Part shown: one piece after another, positions 31,236-40,893 of the stretch
Layout: each line of letters begins with the position of its first letter
Numbering within the stretch: position 1 is the first letter of the stretch
Source: a bacterium
GTDB lineage: Bacteria; RBG-13-61-14; DATKZS01
Assembly (NCBI GenBank): GCA_963674965.2
Contig: CAXXFL010000005.1
Coordinates: 352,001 to 416,000, forward strand
Reading direction: 5' to 3'
Length of the DNA stretch: 64,000 nt
Program-made: the position numbers and the translations under genes
The notes under the pieces: model-generated
The model's database searches: none
What the model saw: the letters and a program-made list of their open reading frames with translations, nothing else
Told to the model about the DNA's origin: nothing

Positions 31236-32453
31236 ATGACGGAGCGCGGTTTTTTCAAGGAGGACAAATGCACCAGGTGCGGCGAGTGCTTTACGCGCTG
31301 CCAATACATGGACCTCACTCGCAAGGAGGCCATTCTCGAGATTCAAAGGCTCATTGACGGCAAGCCCACCCGCGTGGTCGAGAACAAGTGCATAAGCTGC
31401 TACGCCTGCGACGCCTTCTGCCCGGAGGACGCCCATCCTTACGAGCTGATCCTGGAGAGGTGGAACAAGCGCTACGAGCAAAAGGGGCTTCCGGTCCGGG
31501 CTGCTTACGTCATGCCCCACCACGCGCCCAACTACAGGGAGGACGTTATACCCTCGATGTCCTCGCGGGAAAAGGAGCTGCTTTCCAAGTGGCGCGAGAC
31601 GCCCTCGTCGGGAGAGTTCCTCTATCCCGGCTGCAACCTTCTCACCGTGCCGTATCTTTTCGACATGGCCGCCTTAAGCGAGCTTCCCGTCTCGGGCGAC
31701 TGGTCCCTTTGCTGCGGCGAGCCCCTGTTCAGGTCGGGCATGTTCGGCGAGGTGGAAAAGGTGGCCAAGGGCATCGAGGCCTACTACGCGGACAAGAAGG
31801 TGGACAAGATGGTCTTCGTGTGTCCCGCCTGCCTCAACATGTTCAGGAACGTCTTTCCCAGGCAGTTCGGCGCCAAGCTGGACTTCGAGTGCGAGTACAT
31901 CGCCACATGGCTCCTGCGCCGGATGGACGAGGGAAAGCTCAAGATCGACAAACCGCTTAACCGGGAGATCACCATCCACGACTCCTGCCACGCCCGCGTC
32001 CTGGGCGACGAGATCATGGAGCAAACGAGGGAGCTTTACCGGAGGCTGGGCCTTAAAATCATCGAGACCAGGCGCCATCACGAGGAGGGGCTATGCTGCG
32101 GGATCGCCGCCGGATGCAACCGCCAAATGCCGCAGGACATCACCCTCGCGGCTTGGAGGCAGCTCCGGGAGGGCGAGAAAACCGGGGCCGCGGAAATGGC
32201 CGTCTACTGCACGGGCTGCTACCTGATGCTTAACATCGCCCGCGTCGGGGTCCGGACCAGGCAGAAGCTGGTCCATTCCCTCGAGTACCTGGGCGAGGCA
32301 TCGGGAGAGCCTCGGGAAAGAACGGTCGAGCCCCGCTCGGCCCGCATCCTGGCCAACGTGATCGTGAAAGCCCTGCCCAAGCTCCTCTCCCCCCGCCGCT
32401 ATAAAATGGGCGAACTGGAAATAGGGGCGGGAATGAAACAAAATAATAAGTGA
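31236..32453 (+). CDS. Fe-S/CCG-domain protein (HdrD/GlpC-like)
   Basis: CxxCxxCxxxC x2, YPGC, CCG x2, HDSCH. Confidence 0.88.
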   Translation: MTERGFFKEDKCTRCGECFTRCQYMDLTRKEAILEIQRLIDGKPTRVVENKCISCYACDAFCPEDAHPYELILERWNKRYEQKGLPVRAAYVMPHHAPNYREDVIPSMSSREKELLSKWRETPSSGEFLYPGCNLLTVPYLFDMAALSELPVSGDWSLCCGEPLFRSGMFGEVEKVAKGIEAYYADKKVDKMVFVCPACLNMFRNVFPRQFGAKLDFECEYIATWLLRRMDEGKLKIDKPLNREITIHDSCHARVLGDEIMEQTRELYRRLGLKIIETRRHHEEGLCCGIAAGCNRQMPQDITLAAWRQLREGEKTGAAEMAVYCTGCYLMLNIARVGVRTRQKLVHSLEYLGEASGEPRERTVEPRSARILANVIVKALPKLLSPRRYKMGELEIGAGMKQNNK

Positions 32454-32557
32454 GCGGTCATAACACCGGGACCGCGTTCAAGAAAAATTATATTCGCCGG
32501 CCTTTGCTTTCCGCGGGCGGCGGATCGAAATATAAAAGCAGTGGAGGTTTATAATCG

Positions 32558-33748
32558 ATGGGCGCGAAAGGCAAGTGGTTCAAGGCCGCGTTCATAGCGC
32601 TTGTACTTTTCGGGCTGGGCCTGGCCGCCGACTTGACTCGGGTGTACGTCATGGTCAGGATCGACCCGTCCTTTCACAGCATCTGCGCCGTTAACGAGCA
32701 GCTCAACTGCCTGACCGTGGCCGAGAGCAAATACGCGGCGGTCCTGGGCATTCCCGTTTCCATCTGGGGCATGGGCGGATACGGCGCCATGCTGATCGTG
32801 GCCCTCGCCTCCTTCTCCAGGCGGGAAAACTTAAGGGACGTCGCGGCCCTGTCCCTTTTAGGCATGTGTATTTTCTCGGCCATGACCGGCGCATATCTTT
32901 TTTATATCTCCGAGTTCGTCATCAAGGTCCTTTGTCCCTTTTGCGCGGCCACCTACGTTACCAACGCGCTCCTGTTGATTTTGGCCGTCCTGATTGTCAG
33001 GGCGGAGGGCGGCATGGGAGTAATAGCCAGGACGGGTCTTTGGCCCGCGGACTTGAAAAAACAGGTTGGCCCGGCGACGGTTTTCATTCCCGCGGCCTCG
33101 ATCGTTCCTCTTGCCCTGGCGGTTATGGTCTTCAAGTTCATGTACCCGTCGCTCGAGGTCGAGCTTCCCAAGGGGCCGGGCGGTCTTCCCATCGGACTGA
33201 CCGAGGACAAGGACCCCTGGATAGGGTCCCGCAAGCCCATCTTGACCATCACCGAGTTTTCCGACTACCAGTGTCCTCACTGCCGCAGGATTCACGCCCT
33301 GATGAGGCAGACCATCGAGAAATACGCCGACCAGGTCCGGCTGATCCATCGCAACCTTCCCCTCGATCATCACTGCAATCGAATGTTAAACAGGAAGTTT
33401 CACCTGTGCTCGTGCCAGTACGCCTCCTACGCGGTGTGCGCCGCGGATATGGGCAAGTTCTGGGAGATGAGCGACTACCTTTTCAGCCTGCAGGACCAGG
33501 ACGAGAACGAGTGCGTCTCGGCGCTCGAGGCGGCCAACGCCGTTTCCATCGACCGGGAGGCCTTCGAGCAATGCCTCGCCTCCGACCTTCCCGAGAAGTG
33601 CATCGAGAGGGACGTCGAGTGCTGCATCAAACTCGGCATCCACGCCACCCCCACCTTCCTTTGCGACGGCGACACCTTCGTGGGAGGAATCGACGATAAA
33701 ACGATAGTGGAAAAGCTGGAGAAGGCCAAAAAGCATGGGCCGTCGTGA
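32558..33748 (+). CDS. VKOR-thioredoxin/DsbA fusion
   Basis: VKOR loop C-x7-C..S, TM CPFC, then EFSDYQCPHC and ATPTF cis-Pro motif. Confidence 0.9.
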   Translation: MGAKGKWFKAAFIALVLFGLGLAADLTRVYVMVRIDPSFHSICAVNEQLNCLTVAESKYAAVLGIPVSIWGMGGYGAMLIVALASFSRRENLRDVAALSLLGMCIFSAMTGAYLFYISEFVIKVLCPFCAATYVTNALLLILAVLIVRAEGGMGVIARTGLWPADLKKQVGPATVFIPAASIVPLALAVMVFKFMYPSLEVELPKGPGGLPIGLTEDKDPWIGSRKPILTITEFSDYQCPHCRRIHALMRQTIEKYADQVRLIHRNLPLDHHCNRMLNRKFHLCSCQYASYAVCAADMGKFWEMSDYLFSLQDQDENECVSALEAANAVSIDREAFEQCLASDLPEKCIERDVECCIKLGIHATPTFLCDGDTFVGGIDDKTIVEKLEKAKKHGPS

Positions 33749-33839
33749 ATCGAATACTGGCCGCGGGAATATTTCGATAGGCCGTATCATTGGCCGATCA
33801 AGTATGAACGCGTCTGAAAGGCCGTGACGGCTGAACTGC

Positions 33840-34916
33840 CTATTCCACGATCTCTCCTCTTTCCATCTTCTTCCACTTTTTTACGTACTCGTCCACGTTG
33901 TCCCGGGTGACCAGGTCAACGCCAGAGTCGACGAAAACGCGCTCGGGAAGCTTGCCATCGGCCACGATCTCGTGAAGGATTTTTACCGACTGCGACCCCC
34001 AGCCGAAGTACTTCTGCCCCACGGCCAGCTGGATTTTTCCCCGCTTGATCAGCTCGGGCGCGGGAGGGATCGCGTCGAAGGTGACGACGAAGGTTTTTTT
34101 CGGGTCCACCGAGGAGATGATCGACTTGGAATAGCCCGGCCAGCCGCCCACCGAGAGCCAGGCCCGAAGCTCGGGATAGGTCTTGGTCGCGCTTTGAATG
34201 ACCTTTTCCGCCTTGATGGCCTGGTCCTCGACGTCGAAGGTCTCGACCACCTTGATTTTAGGGTGTTGCCGGATCACGCTCATGGCCCCCTCCAGCCTTT
34301 TGGCCAGGTTGTCGGCGCCCAGGGTGGTGAGGACCGCCACTTCTCCGCCTTCCTCACCCAGGAGCCGGGCTATCTCCTTGCCCATGACCACTCCGGCCTC
34401 GAAGTCGTTCACGCCGTAATAGGCCAGGCGCCTCGAGGTCGGGGCGTCCGAGTCCCAGGTGATGACGGGTATGCCCTTGTCAATGGCCGCGTCGATGGCG
34501 GGGGCCAGGTACTCGCCGTTCAGACAGGAAACGGCGATCCCGTGCACGCCCTCGCCGGCGTATTTCTCGATCAGCTCCTTTTGCTTGGCCTGGTCGTTCT
34601 CGGCCGGGGCGTCCCAGATAATCTCGACGTCCCCGTACTCCTCGGCCTTGCGATTGGCCCCTTTTTTGGCGTAGTTGAAAACGGGTATGTGAAGGGCCTT
34701 GGGAATGAAAACGAACCTCAGTTTCTCGCCGGGGGCAAGTTCCTTCTTAAAGGCGTCCGCCGCCGGGGGGGTATCCTTTACCGTCGAAGCCGCGAGAGGC
34801 GCCGCCTCTTCGCCGCCGCTTGATCCCGTCGCGCCGTCCTGGGCCGCGACGCCGCTTAAAAGGACCGATGCCAGGGCGAAGGCCAGTACCGCCGCGTATT
34901 TCATATTGAATCTCAA
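33840..34916 (-). CDS. Sugar-binding periplasmic protein (RbsB/LacI-type fold), orphan
   Basis: Signal peptide, GIPVITWDSD, YGVNDFEAG, QKYFGWG; no ABC permease or ATPase adjacent. Confidence 0.88.
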   Translation of the reverse strand: MRFNMKYAAVLAFALASVLLSGVAAQDGATGSSGGEEAAPLAASTVKDTPPAADAFKKELAPGEKLRFVFIPKALHIPVFNYAKKGANRKAEEYGDVEIIWDAPAENDQAKQKELIEKYAGEGVHGIAVSCLNGEYLAPAIDAAIDKGIPVITWDSDAPTSRRLAYYGVNDFEAGVVMGKEIARLLGEEGGEVAVLTTLGADNLAKRLEGAMSVIRQHPKIKVVETFDVEDQAIKAEKVIQSATKTYPELRAWLSVGGWPGYSKSIISSVDPKKTFVVTFDAIPPAPELIKRGKIQLAVGQKYFGWGSQSVKILHEIVADGKLPERVFVDSGVDLVTRDNVDEYVKKWKKMERGEIVE

Positions 34917-35009
34917 AATTAATTATCTCCTTGAAGGTTTCTGGCGGCTTAATATATCACATCCGAAGAGTGGTAGAAAGAGACTTTGGCCCGGCTTGGG
35001 CGCGGTGGG

Positions 35010-36083
35010 TTATCTAGCTTTAAAATCAAGTATTTCCCGAGCCATCTCGCTCAGGGGAACCAGCTTGTCCACGAAACCAGCCACGCTCGCGGCCCTGGGC
35101 ATGCCAAAGACCACGCAGGTCGCCTCGTCCTGGGCGATGACCCTGCCCCCGGCCTCCTTGATGGCCCTGGCCCCGGCGGTACCGTCGTCTCCCATGCCGG
35201 TCAAGATGACGCCAAGTATTTTGCCCGGCCACTTCCGGGCGACCGAGGTCATCATTTCATCGGCCGAGGGGATATGGGCGGAATCGCGGGGGGTCCGGCT
35301 CAGGAAAGCGTGGAAAGTCTCGTTCTTTCGCTGGAGATGGAGGTGGTAGCCGCCGGGCGCGATATAGACTCGTCCCGGCAGTATGGGCATGCCTTCCTCG
35401 GCCTCGCTGACGGCCATGGGGCACAGCTTGTCGAAGCGCTCGGCCAGGGAGCGGGTAAAGCCGATGGGCATATGTTGAACCACGAGTATGGCCCCCGGGA
35501 AATCGGACGGAATGGCGGTGAGGACCTTCTCGAGGGTCATGGGACCTCCGGTCGAGGCCGCCATGGCCACGATGTGGGAGGGAACGCCGCTTCCCTCTGG
35601 AACGACCTGAGCGGGCGCGGCCTGGGCCTCCTGGGACGCGCGGGCCGTCTCGGCGACCTTGGCAAGGTCCACGCCGGCGATGATCTTGACCTTCTCGATC
35701 AGGGACTCGGCTATCTCGAGGATGTCCATGGTGGTGTGGCAGGAGGACTTGTCGATAAAGTCCACCGCCCCCAACTCGAGAGCCTTCAGCGTAATTTCGC
35801 CCCCGTCGCTGGTAAGGGAGCTGACCATAAGGGCCGGCGTGGGCGTCTCGGCCATTATTCGCTTCAAGGCCTCGAGGCCGTCCATGCCCGTCATCTTCAC
35901 GTCGAGGGTTACCACGTCGGGCCGGTGGAGCTTTACCTTCTCGACCGCCTCCTCGCCGTCGCGGGCGTCGGCCACCACCCGGATCGAGGAGTCCGAGGAC
36001 AGCATCCGCTTTAACGCCTTGCGCATGAAGGCCGAGTCGTCCACGACCACGACCTTGATTTTTTTAGGGCCTTTTTCCATCAT
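35010..36083 (-). CDS. cheB: Chemotaxis methylesterase/response regulator CheB
   Basis: REC domain plus ASTGGP, QHMP, APGG and LTGMGDDG motifs. Confidence 0.96.
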   Translation of the reverse strand: MMEKGPKKIKVVVVDDSAFMRKALKRMLSSDSSIRVVADARDGEEAVEKVKLHRPDVVTLDVKMTGMDGLEALKRIMAETPTPALMVSSLTSDGGEITLKALELGAVDFIDKSSCHTTMDILEIAESLIEKVKIIAGVDLAKVAETARASQEAQAAPAQVVPEGSGVPSHIVAMAASTGGPMTLEKVLTAIPSDFPGAILVVQHMPIGFTRSLAERFDKLCPMAVSEAEEGMPILPGRVYIAPGGYHLHLQRKNETFHAFLSRTPRDSAHIPSADEMMTSVARKWPGKILGVILTGMGDDGTAGARAIKEAGGRVIAQDEATCVVFGMPRAASVAGFVDKLVPLSEMAREILDFKAR

Positions 36084-36158
36084 TCCAACTATTACGTTTT
36101 CACCCAGCTTAAATATAATGATAGGTCAATAAATTCCTCTTTGCTTTTTTTTGTCCAC

Positions 36159-37010
36159 TCATCCCGGGGCTTTGCGATAGAGGATGGTCTGGGGTCTCCT
36201 GTCAGCCGCGAAATCCGTGACCATGGCGCCGAGGCTTTCCGAGTGTCCAAGCAATAGGCGGCCGCCCTCGCCCAGGGCCTCGTGGAAATAATCCAGGACC
36301 CGACTTATTTTCTCCTCCGAGAAATAGATTAGAACGTTACGGCAGAAGATGGCGTCGAAGCGTCCCAGCCTTTCCCATGCTTTCCCGTCAAGAAGGTTGG
36401 CCGGCTCGAAGGTTACGTTCTTTTTTATTTTTTCCTCCACCCGATAGAGGTCTCCATTTTTCTTGAAGAACTTATCCTTGATTTCCGGCCGGGCCGAGCG
36501 GAAACTCCGCTCGGAGTATAATCCTTTTTGGGCCGCCTCCAGGGCCCTTTGGCTTACGTCTATTCCCACTACCTGAACGTCCCAGTTCCAGAAGAAGGCC
36601 CCCGAGGCGTAAATCAGCATGGCTATGGTATAGGCCTCCTCTCCGGTGGAGCACCCGGCCGACAGCACGCGAAGCGACCTTTCCCCCCCCGAATCGAGTT
36701 TTTCCTTTTTGATCTCCTCGAGGACCTCATCCTGGAAGGTCCGCAATTGGGCCTCCTCCCTGAAAAAATAGGTCTCGTTGTTGGTCAAAAGACCGATCAC
36801 GCGGGCGAGTTCCGAATCCTTTTCCTCGCCTTCCTTCACGCTTTTAAGGTAGGCCCCGAAGGAGGAGAAGCCCCGTGAGGCCACGCGGTTATAAAGCTTC
36901 ATCCGGACGAAAGCGCGCTTTTCTTCCTTGAGGTATATTCCGTACCTTTCGTGTATAAAGTCGCGCAGGAGGCGGAACTCCACCTCGGTAAGGTCGAAAT
37001 CATAGCTCAT
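36159..37010 (-). CDS. cheR: Chemotaxis methyltransferase CheR
   Basis: TNNETYFFRE, SAGCSTGEE, IFCRNVLIYF, GHSESL. Confidence 0.95.
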   Translation of the reverse strand: MSYDFDLTEVEFRLLRDFIHERYGIYLKEEKRAFVRMKLYNRVASRGFSSFGAYLKSVKEGEEKDSELARVIGLLTNNETYFFREEAQLRTFQDEVLEEIKKEKLDSGGERSLRVLSAGCSTGEEAYTIAMLIYASGAFFWNWDVQVVGIDVSQRALEAAQKGLYSERSFRSARPEIKDKFFKKNGDLYRVEEKIKKNVTFEPANLLDGKAWERLGRFDAIFCRNVLIYFSEEKISRVLDYFHEALGEGGRLLLGHSESLGAMVTDFAADRRPQTILYRKAPG

Positions 37011-39400
37011 CTGGTCTCGCCCAGTTTCTTAAGCGACCTGGCGGCCTCCTTTCTAACCTCCTCGCTGGGGTCGTCCTTTTGGGAGCGGATAAGATGCGCT
37101 ATGGCCCGGGAATCGCCAATCAAAGATAAAGCGTGGGCGGCCTTGGCGCGGACCGTAAAAAACTCGTCCTCCAAGACCCGGATGAGGAAGGGAACGAAAG
37201 AGGGGTCCCCCACGCGGCCGAGAACGTCGACCATGAGGCCCTTGATCGCGCCGCCCGACTTGGAGAAGTAATCGGCGAAGGTTTCCATGTCCGGGGCCCC
37301 GAGACGCTCGATGGCCTCCATAACCTCGAGACGGAGGTCCTCCTCGTGGAGCAGTGGTAAAAGGCTGGTCGCCGTATCCCGATCGCCCATCTTGGAAAGG
37401 GCGGCCACGATCTCCTTCTTGATAACGTTGTCGCGCTCCTCCCCCAGGCGATCGATCAGCGCGGCGCGATGGCGCTTGTCCCTCGAGGCGCTCAGGGCCC
37501 GGATGGCGGCCACTCTCACCCCCCAGTCGGCGTCGTCAAGCGCGACGATCACCCCCGGGGCCGCCCTTCCCTCATGGTTGGCGGCCATGGACTCGAGCAC
37601 GGCCGTTCTTATTTCCGGGTTGGGGTCCTTCAGGGTCTCGCTGAGGAAATGTTTGACTTCCTTGTCCGCGAATGACCCGAGTGATCTTATAATGGCCCGT
37701 CTCAGCCTGGGTCCCGCCTCGGCGAAGCGGTCCATCAGGACGGCCGCGCTCTCCGGCCCGCCAACCCTGGCCAGGGACTCGGCGGCCGCCGCCCCCACCG
37801 ACTGGTCCTTGTCCCGGATAAGGCGCTCGAGATGGGAGACGGGGCCGGGCGATCCCGCGGCGCCCAGACAAACGGCGGCGGCGGCCCTTACCAGGGGGTT
37901 GCCGTCGTTAATAGCCGCCAAAAGGGACTCGCTCTCCAGAAGTCCGGACCTTTTCTTGCCCAGGGCCCGGATAGCCTCGGCCCGGATGGCCGTGTCCGGG
38001 CTGGAGGCCAGTTCCATCAGGGTCTGGAAGGGACCGTCCCCCTCGAGGTCGCCCAGGACGTGGACCGCGGCGGCCTTGGCTTCGCCCCGCAGACTGGGCA
38101 TGGCCGACCTGATCTTTTCCTCCAAGGAGGCCGAGCGCGATTTTCCAAGCGCCTCGGCCGCGGCCGAGCGAAGGTCGGGGTCGTCGTCGGCCAAGACGCC
38201 TATCAGGGCGTCCTCAACCGCGGGCGAAGAAGAGGCCCCCCCCAGGGCCATGACCGACTGGAGACGGACCTCGGCGTCGGGGTCCTGAAGAAGGCCAAGG
38301 CAGGCCAGGAGGCCTCGCTCGTCGCCTATCCAGTCCAGGCACCGCACGAGCGCGCATTTAATTTCCGCCTCCGGGTCCATCTCGAGGGCGGCCACCAACT
38401 GGGGGACGGCCTCGGGCCCGAAGCCGGTTATGGCCCCGGCCACGTATTCCTCGATCTCGAAGTCCCCGAGCAGCTCGATCAGGCCGGGCAGGGACTGGAC
38501 TTTCTTCAGCCAGCCCAGGGCCACCACGGCGTTTTTCCTTACCTCGAGGTCGGGGTCGGACAGCGACCCGGTCAGGTGCCGGACCACGTCGTCGCGGCCG
38601 AGAACGCCGGCGATCTCTCCCAGTCCGTCGCCTCCCTCCTGGCCGATGGAATCGATTTTCGACTGCACTTTGACCAGGGCCGCTATCACGTCGTTCCTGG
38701 TCAGAGGGTCGTCGCGGGCAAGAAGCCGAGCCAGGGCCGGAGCGGCCGAGGGGTCGCCGATGTTGCCCAGGGCCTCGATCACGGCCCCCTGCAGCATGTC
38801 GTCCCCGATAAGATCGAGAAGCGGCGGAACCGCGCGGGGGTCTCCTATTTGGCCCAGAGCCGTCGCGGCCGGGTACCTTATCCAGAATTCCTTTTTCAGG
38901 GCCTCGATCAAGGGCTCGACGGCCCCGTCGTCCGCGATCATGCCCAGGGCCTCGGCCGCGGCGTGAGCCACGTTCTCGTCCACGTCGTCAAGCGCCGCGA
39001 TAAGGTCGGCGACCGAGTCGGGGTCTCCTATCGCCCCCAGCATGACGCCGCTGAAGGTCCTGATTTCCTCGTCCGGGTCCCGAAGAAGAGCGAGAAGATA
39101 GGACGTGGCGCGCTTGCCGTAGCGGGGAAAGGCCTCCATGGCCGCCGTGCGCACGTTGGCGTCGTCGCCGTCGCGAAGGTATTTCTCGAGCTCCGGGAAA
39201 ACCAGCTCGGCCGGGTAGCCGCAAACGCCCCGGAGAGATTCCTCCCTCACCCGAAAGCTCTCGTCGCCCATGGCCGCCAGAAGAGGCCGGACGGCCCCGA
39301 TCGAGCCGCTTTTTACCAGGTCCCTTACCGCCTTGTAACGCTCTTCCTCGGTCCCACCCCCGAGCACGGACTCGAGGGCCGAATAATCGATTTCAACCAT
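37007..39400 (-). CDS. HEAT/PBS-lyase-like repeat protein
   Basis: Many DxDxxVRxAAxxALGxIGD repeats over 797 aa; overlaps cheR by 4 nt and directly abuts the second cheR. Confidence 0.93.
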   Translation of the reverse strand: MVEIDYSALESVLGGGTEEERYKAVRDLVKSGSIGAVRPLLAAMGDESFRVREESLRGVCGYPAELVFPELEKYLRDGDDANVRTAAMEAFPRYGKRATSYLLALLRDPDEEIRTFSGVMLGAIGDPDSVADLIAALDDVDENVAHAAAEALGMIADDGAVEPLIEALKKEFWIRYPAATALGQIGDPRAVPPLLDLIGDDMLQGAVIEALGNIGDPSAAPALARLLARDDPLTRNDVIAALVKVQSKIDSIGQEGGDGLGEIAGVLGRDDVVRHLTGSLSDPDLEVRKNAVVALGWLKKVQSLPGLIELLGDFEIEEYVAGAITGFGPEAVPQLVAALEMDPEAEIKCALVRCLDWIGDERGLLACLGLLQDPDAEVRLQSVMALGGASSSPAVEDALIGVLADDDPDLRSAAAEALGKSRSASLEEKIRSAMPSLRGEAKAAAVHVLGDLEGDGPFQTLMELASSPDTAIRAEAIRALGKKRSGLLESESLLAAINDGNPLVRAAAAVCLGAAGSPGPVSHLERLIRDKDQSVGAAAAESLARVGGPESAAVLMDRFAEAGPRLRRAIIRSLGSFADKEVKHFLSETLKDPNPEIRTAVLESMAANHEGRAAPGVIVALDDADWGVRVAAIRALSASRDKRHRAALIDRLGEERDNVIKKEIVAALSKMGDRDTATSLLPLLHEEDLRLEVMEAIERLGAPDMETFADYFSKSGGAIKGLMVDVLGRVGDPSFVPFLIRVLEDEFFTVRAKAAHALSLIGDSRAIAHLIRSQKDDPSEEVRKEAARSLKKLGETR

Positions 39401-40339
39401 CTACGATTCCCTTCCCCAAGGACCCGACCCGGGCTTCCGATAAAAATAGGCGTCCTTGTAATCCGCGGTCTCGAACGAATGTTTATAAACGTGAAGAAGC
39501 TCCGCGTCGCCAGTGAAAAGATACCCTCCCGGCTTCAGGCGCTTGTAAAGCTCGTTCACCAGCCGCTCCTGGGCCGCGAAGTCGAAATATATCATCACGT
39601 TTCGGCAGAATATAACGTCGAAGCGTTCCATAAGAGATATTTCCTCGACCCTATCGTCCATGAACTCGACGCGGCTTGACGGGCCCGCGTCCCCCCACAG
39701 CCGGCTGAGGTTGAACAAACCGAACCTGACGGCCGACGCGATTTCATCGCTGACGATTATCTCGCCGCCGAGTTCCTTGACGCGTTTTTCCAGCGCCCAG
39801 GCGGGAAGGTCCGAGGCCTCCGAGGCCGGGTACCTTCCCAAGCGGGCTTTCTTCAGGGCGTCCCTGCTGACGTCGGTCGCCAGTATCTCGATCTCCCAGG
39901 CCCTCGGGTATTTCAGATTCTCAAAAACGGTCATGGCCGCGCTATAGGGTTCCTCCCCGCTGGCGCAGCCGGCGCTCCAGATGGAAAGCCGGGGCTTGGG
40001 CGACGGCCGGCCCGAGGTCCAAAGGGAAATATCGAGTTCCTCCTGAAGCCGCTTCTCGATCTCGGGCAGGACTTTCTCGCCGAGCGCCAGAAAATGTTCC
40101 GGCGAGCGGAAGAACCCGGTCTTCCTCGTGGTCAGGTGCTCGAGGAGAAGCTGAATTTCTCGAGAGTCGGTTTTAAGCATCTCCAGGTAGCCCTGGTGGG
40201 AACGGCAATCGACGGCTTCCATCCTGAGGCATATCCCGGCCTCGAGGTTGTGAAGCCTGGCCCGGGAAAAGCAAAGGGAGCTTTCCGCGTAGATCAGGCG
40301 CTTGAACTCCTCCAGCGCGCGGCCGGGCAGGGGCGTCAC
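39401..40339 (-). CDS. cheR: Second CheR-type methyltransferase
   Basis: IWSAGCASGEEPYS, ATDVS, IFCRNVMIYFD; TTRKTGFFR replaces the usual TTNETxFFR. Confidence 0.9.
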   Translation of the reverse strand: MTPLPGRALEEFKRLIYAESSLCFSRARLHNLEAGICLRMEAVDCRSHQGYLEMLKTDSREIQLLLEHLTTRKTGFFRSPEHFLALGEKVLPEIEKRLQEELDISLWTSGRPSPKPRLSIWSAGCASGEEPYSAAMTVFENLKYPRAWEIEILATDVSRDALKKARLGRYPASEASDLPAWALEKRVKELGGEIIVSDEIASAVRFGLFNLSRLWGDAGPSSRVEFMDDRVEEISLMERFDVIFCRNVMIYFDFAAQERLVNELYKRLKPGGYLFTGDAELLHVYKHSFETADYKDAYFYRKPGSGPWGRES

Positions 40340-40824
40340 GACGCGGCCTCCGGGTCGTCGATAATGATTTCGGAAAGGGACTCGATTTCCTCGCCCGTCA
40401 GCATCTTTTCCGGGGCAAGGACCAGTACCAGCCCCTCCTCCGTTTTGACCATGCCCACCACGCAGCCGGGGTTTTTGCCGTCAAGCACGGCCTGGGGCAC
40501 GGGCATGTACTTGCTCTTGTCCTCCGTGACGACGGTCTTGACGTCGTCCACGACGGCGCCAAGGGACGCGGTCTCCATTTCCAGGACGATTATCCGGCTC
40601 TTTCTCTTGGCGGACGGCGCGCCGGCCCCGAGCTTTTTGCGAAGGTCCAGTATGGGCACCACCTTCTCCCGGACCTCGATTACCCCCTCGATGAACTCGG
40701 GCGAGTTGGGGACCGCCACGACCTTCTCGAGGTTCATCACCTCCCTTACCCGGGAGACCTCGACGGCGTAGACCTCGTCGCCCATGAAGAAAGTGACCAG
40801 GCGAAGCTTTTCCGACCGTTCCAT
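40336..40824 (-). CDS. cheW: CheW
   Basis: LVTFFMGDEVYAV, VPNSPEFIEGVIEVR, GAVVDDV. Confidence 0.93.
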   Translation of the reverse strand: MERSEKLRLVTFFMGDEVYAVEVSRVREVMNLEKVVAVPNSPEFIEGVIEVREKVVPILDLRKKLGAGAPSAKRKSRIIVLEMETASLGAVVDDVKTVVTEDKSKYMPVPQAVLDGKNPGCVVGMVKTEEGLVLVLAPEKMLTGEEIESLSEIIIDDPEAAS

Positions 40825-40846
40825 CTCGACGTTCCCTTGGCGGCCG

Positions 40847-40883
40847 CGGCGGGAGAAGGGGATTTCACGTTGCCCCTTCTCCC
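40847..40883. other. Strong intercistronic stem-loop
   Basis: GCGGGAGAAGGGG-11nt-CCCCTTCTCCCGC between the barrel gene and cheW; no U-tract on the coding strand. Confidence 0.6.
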
Positions 40884-40893
40884 GCGGAGGCGC

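Noticed and set aside
37287-39679. 333-aa and 615-aa plus-strand ORFs over the HEAT gene
   Set aside because: Antisense shadows of a repetitive GC-rich gene
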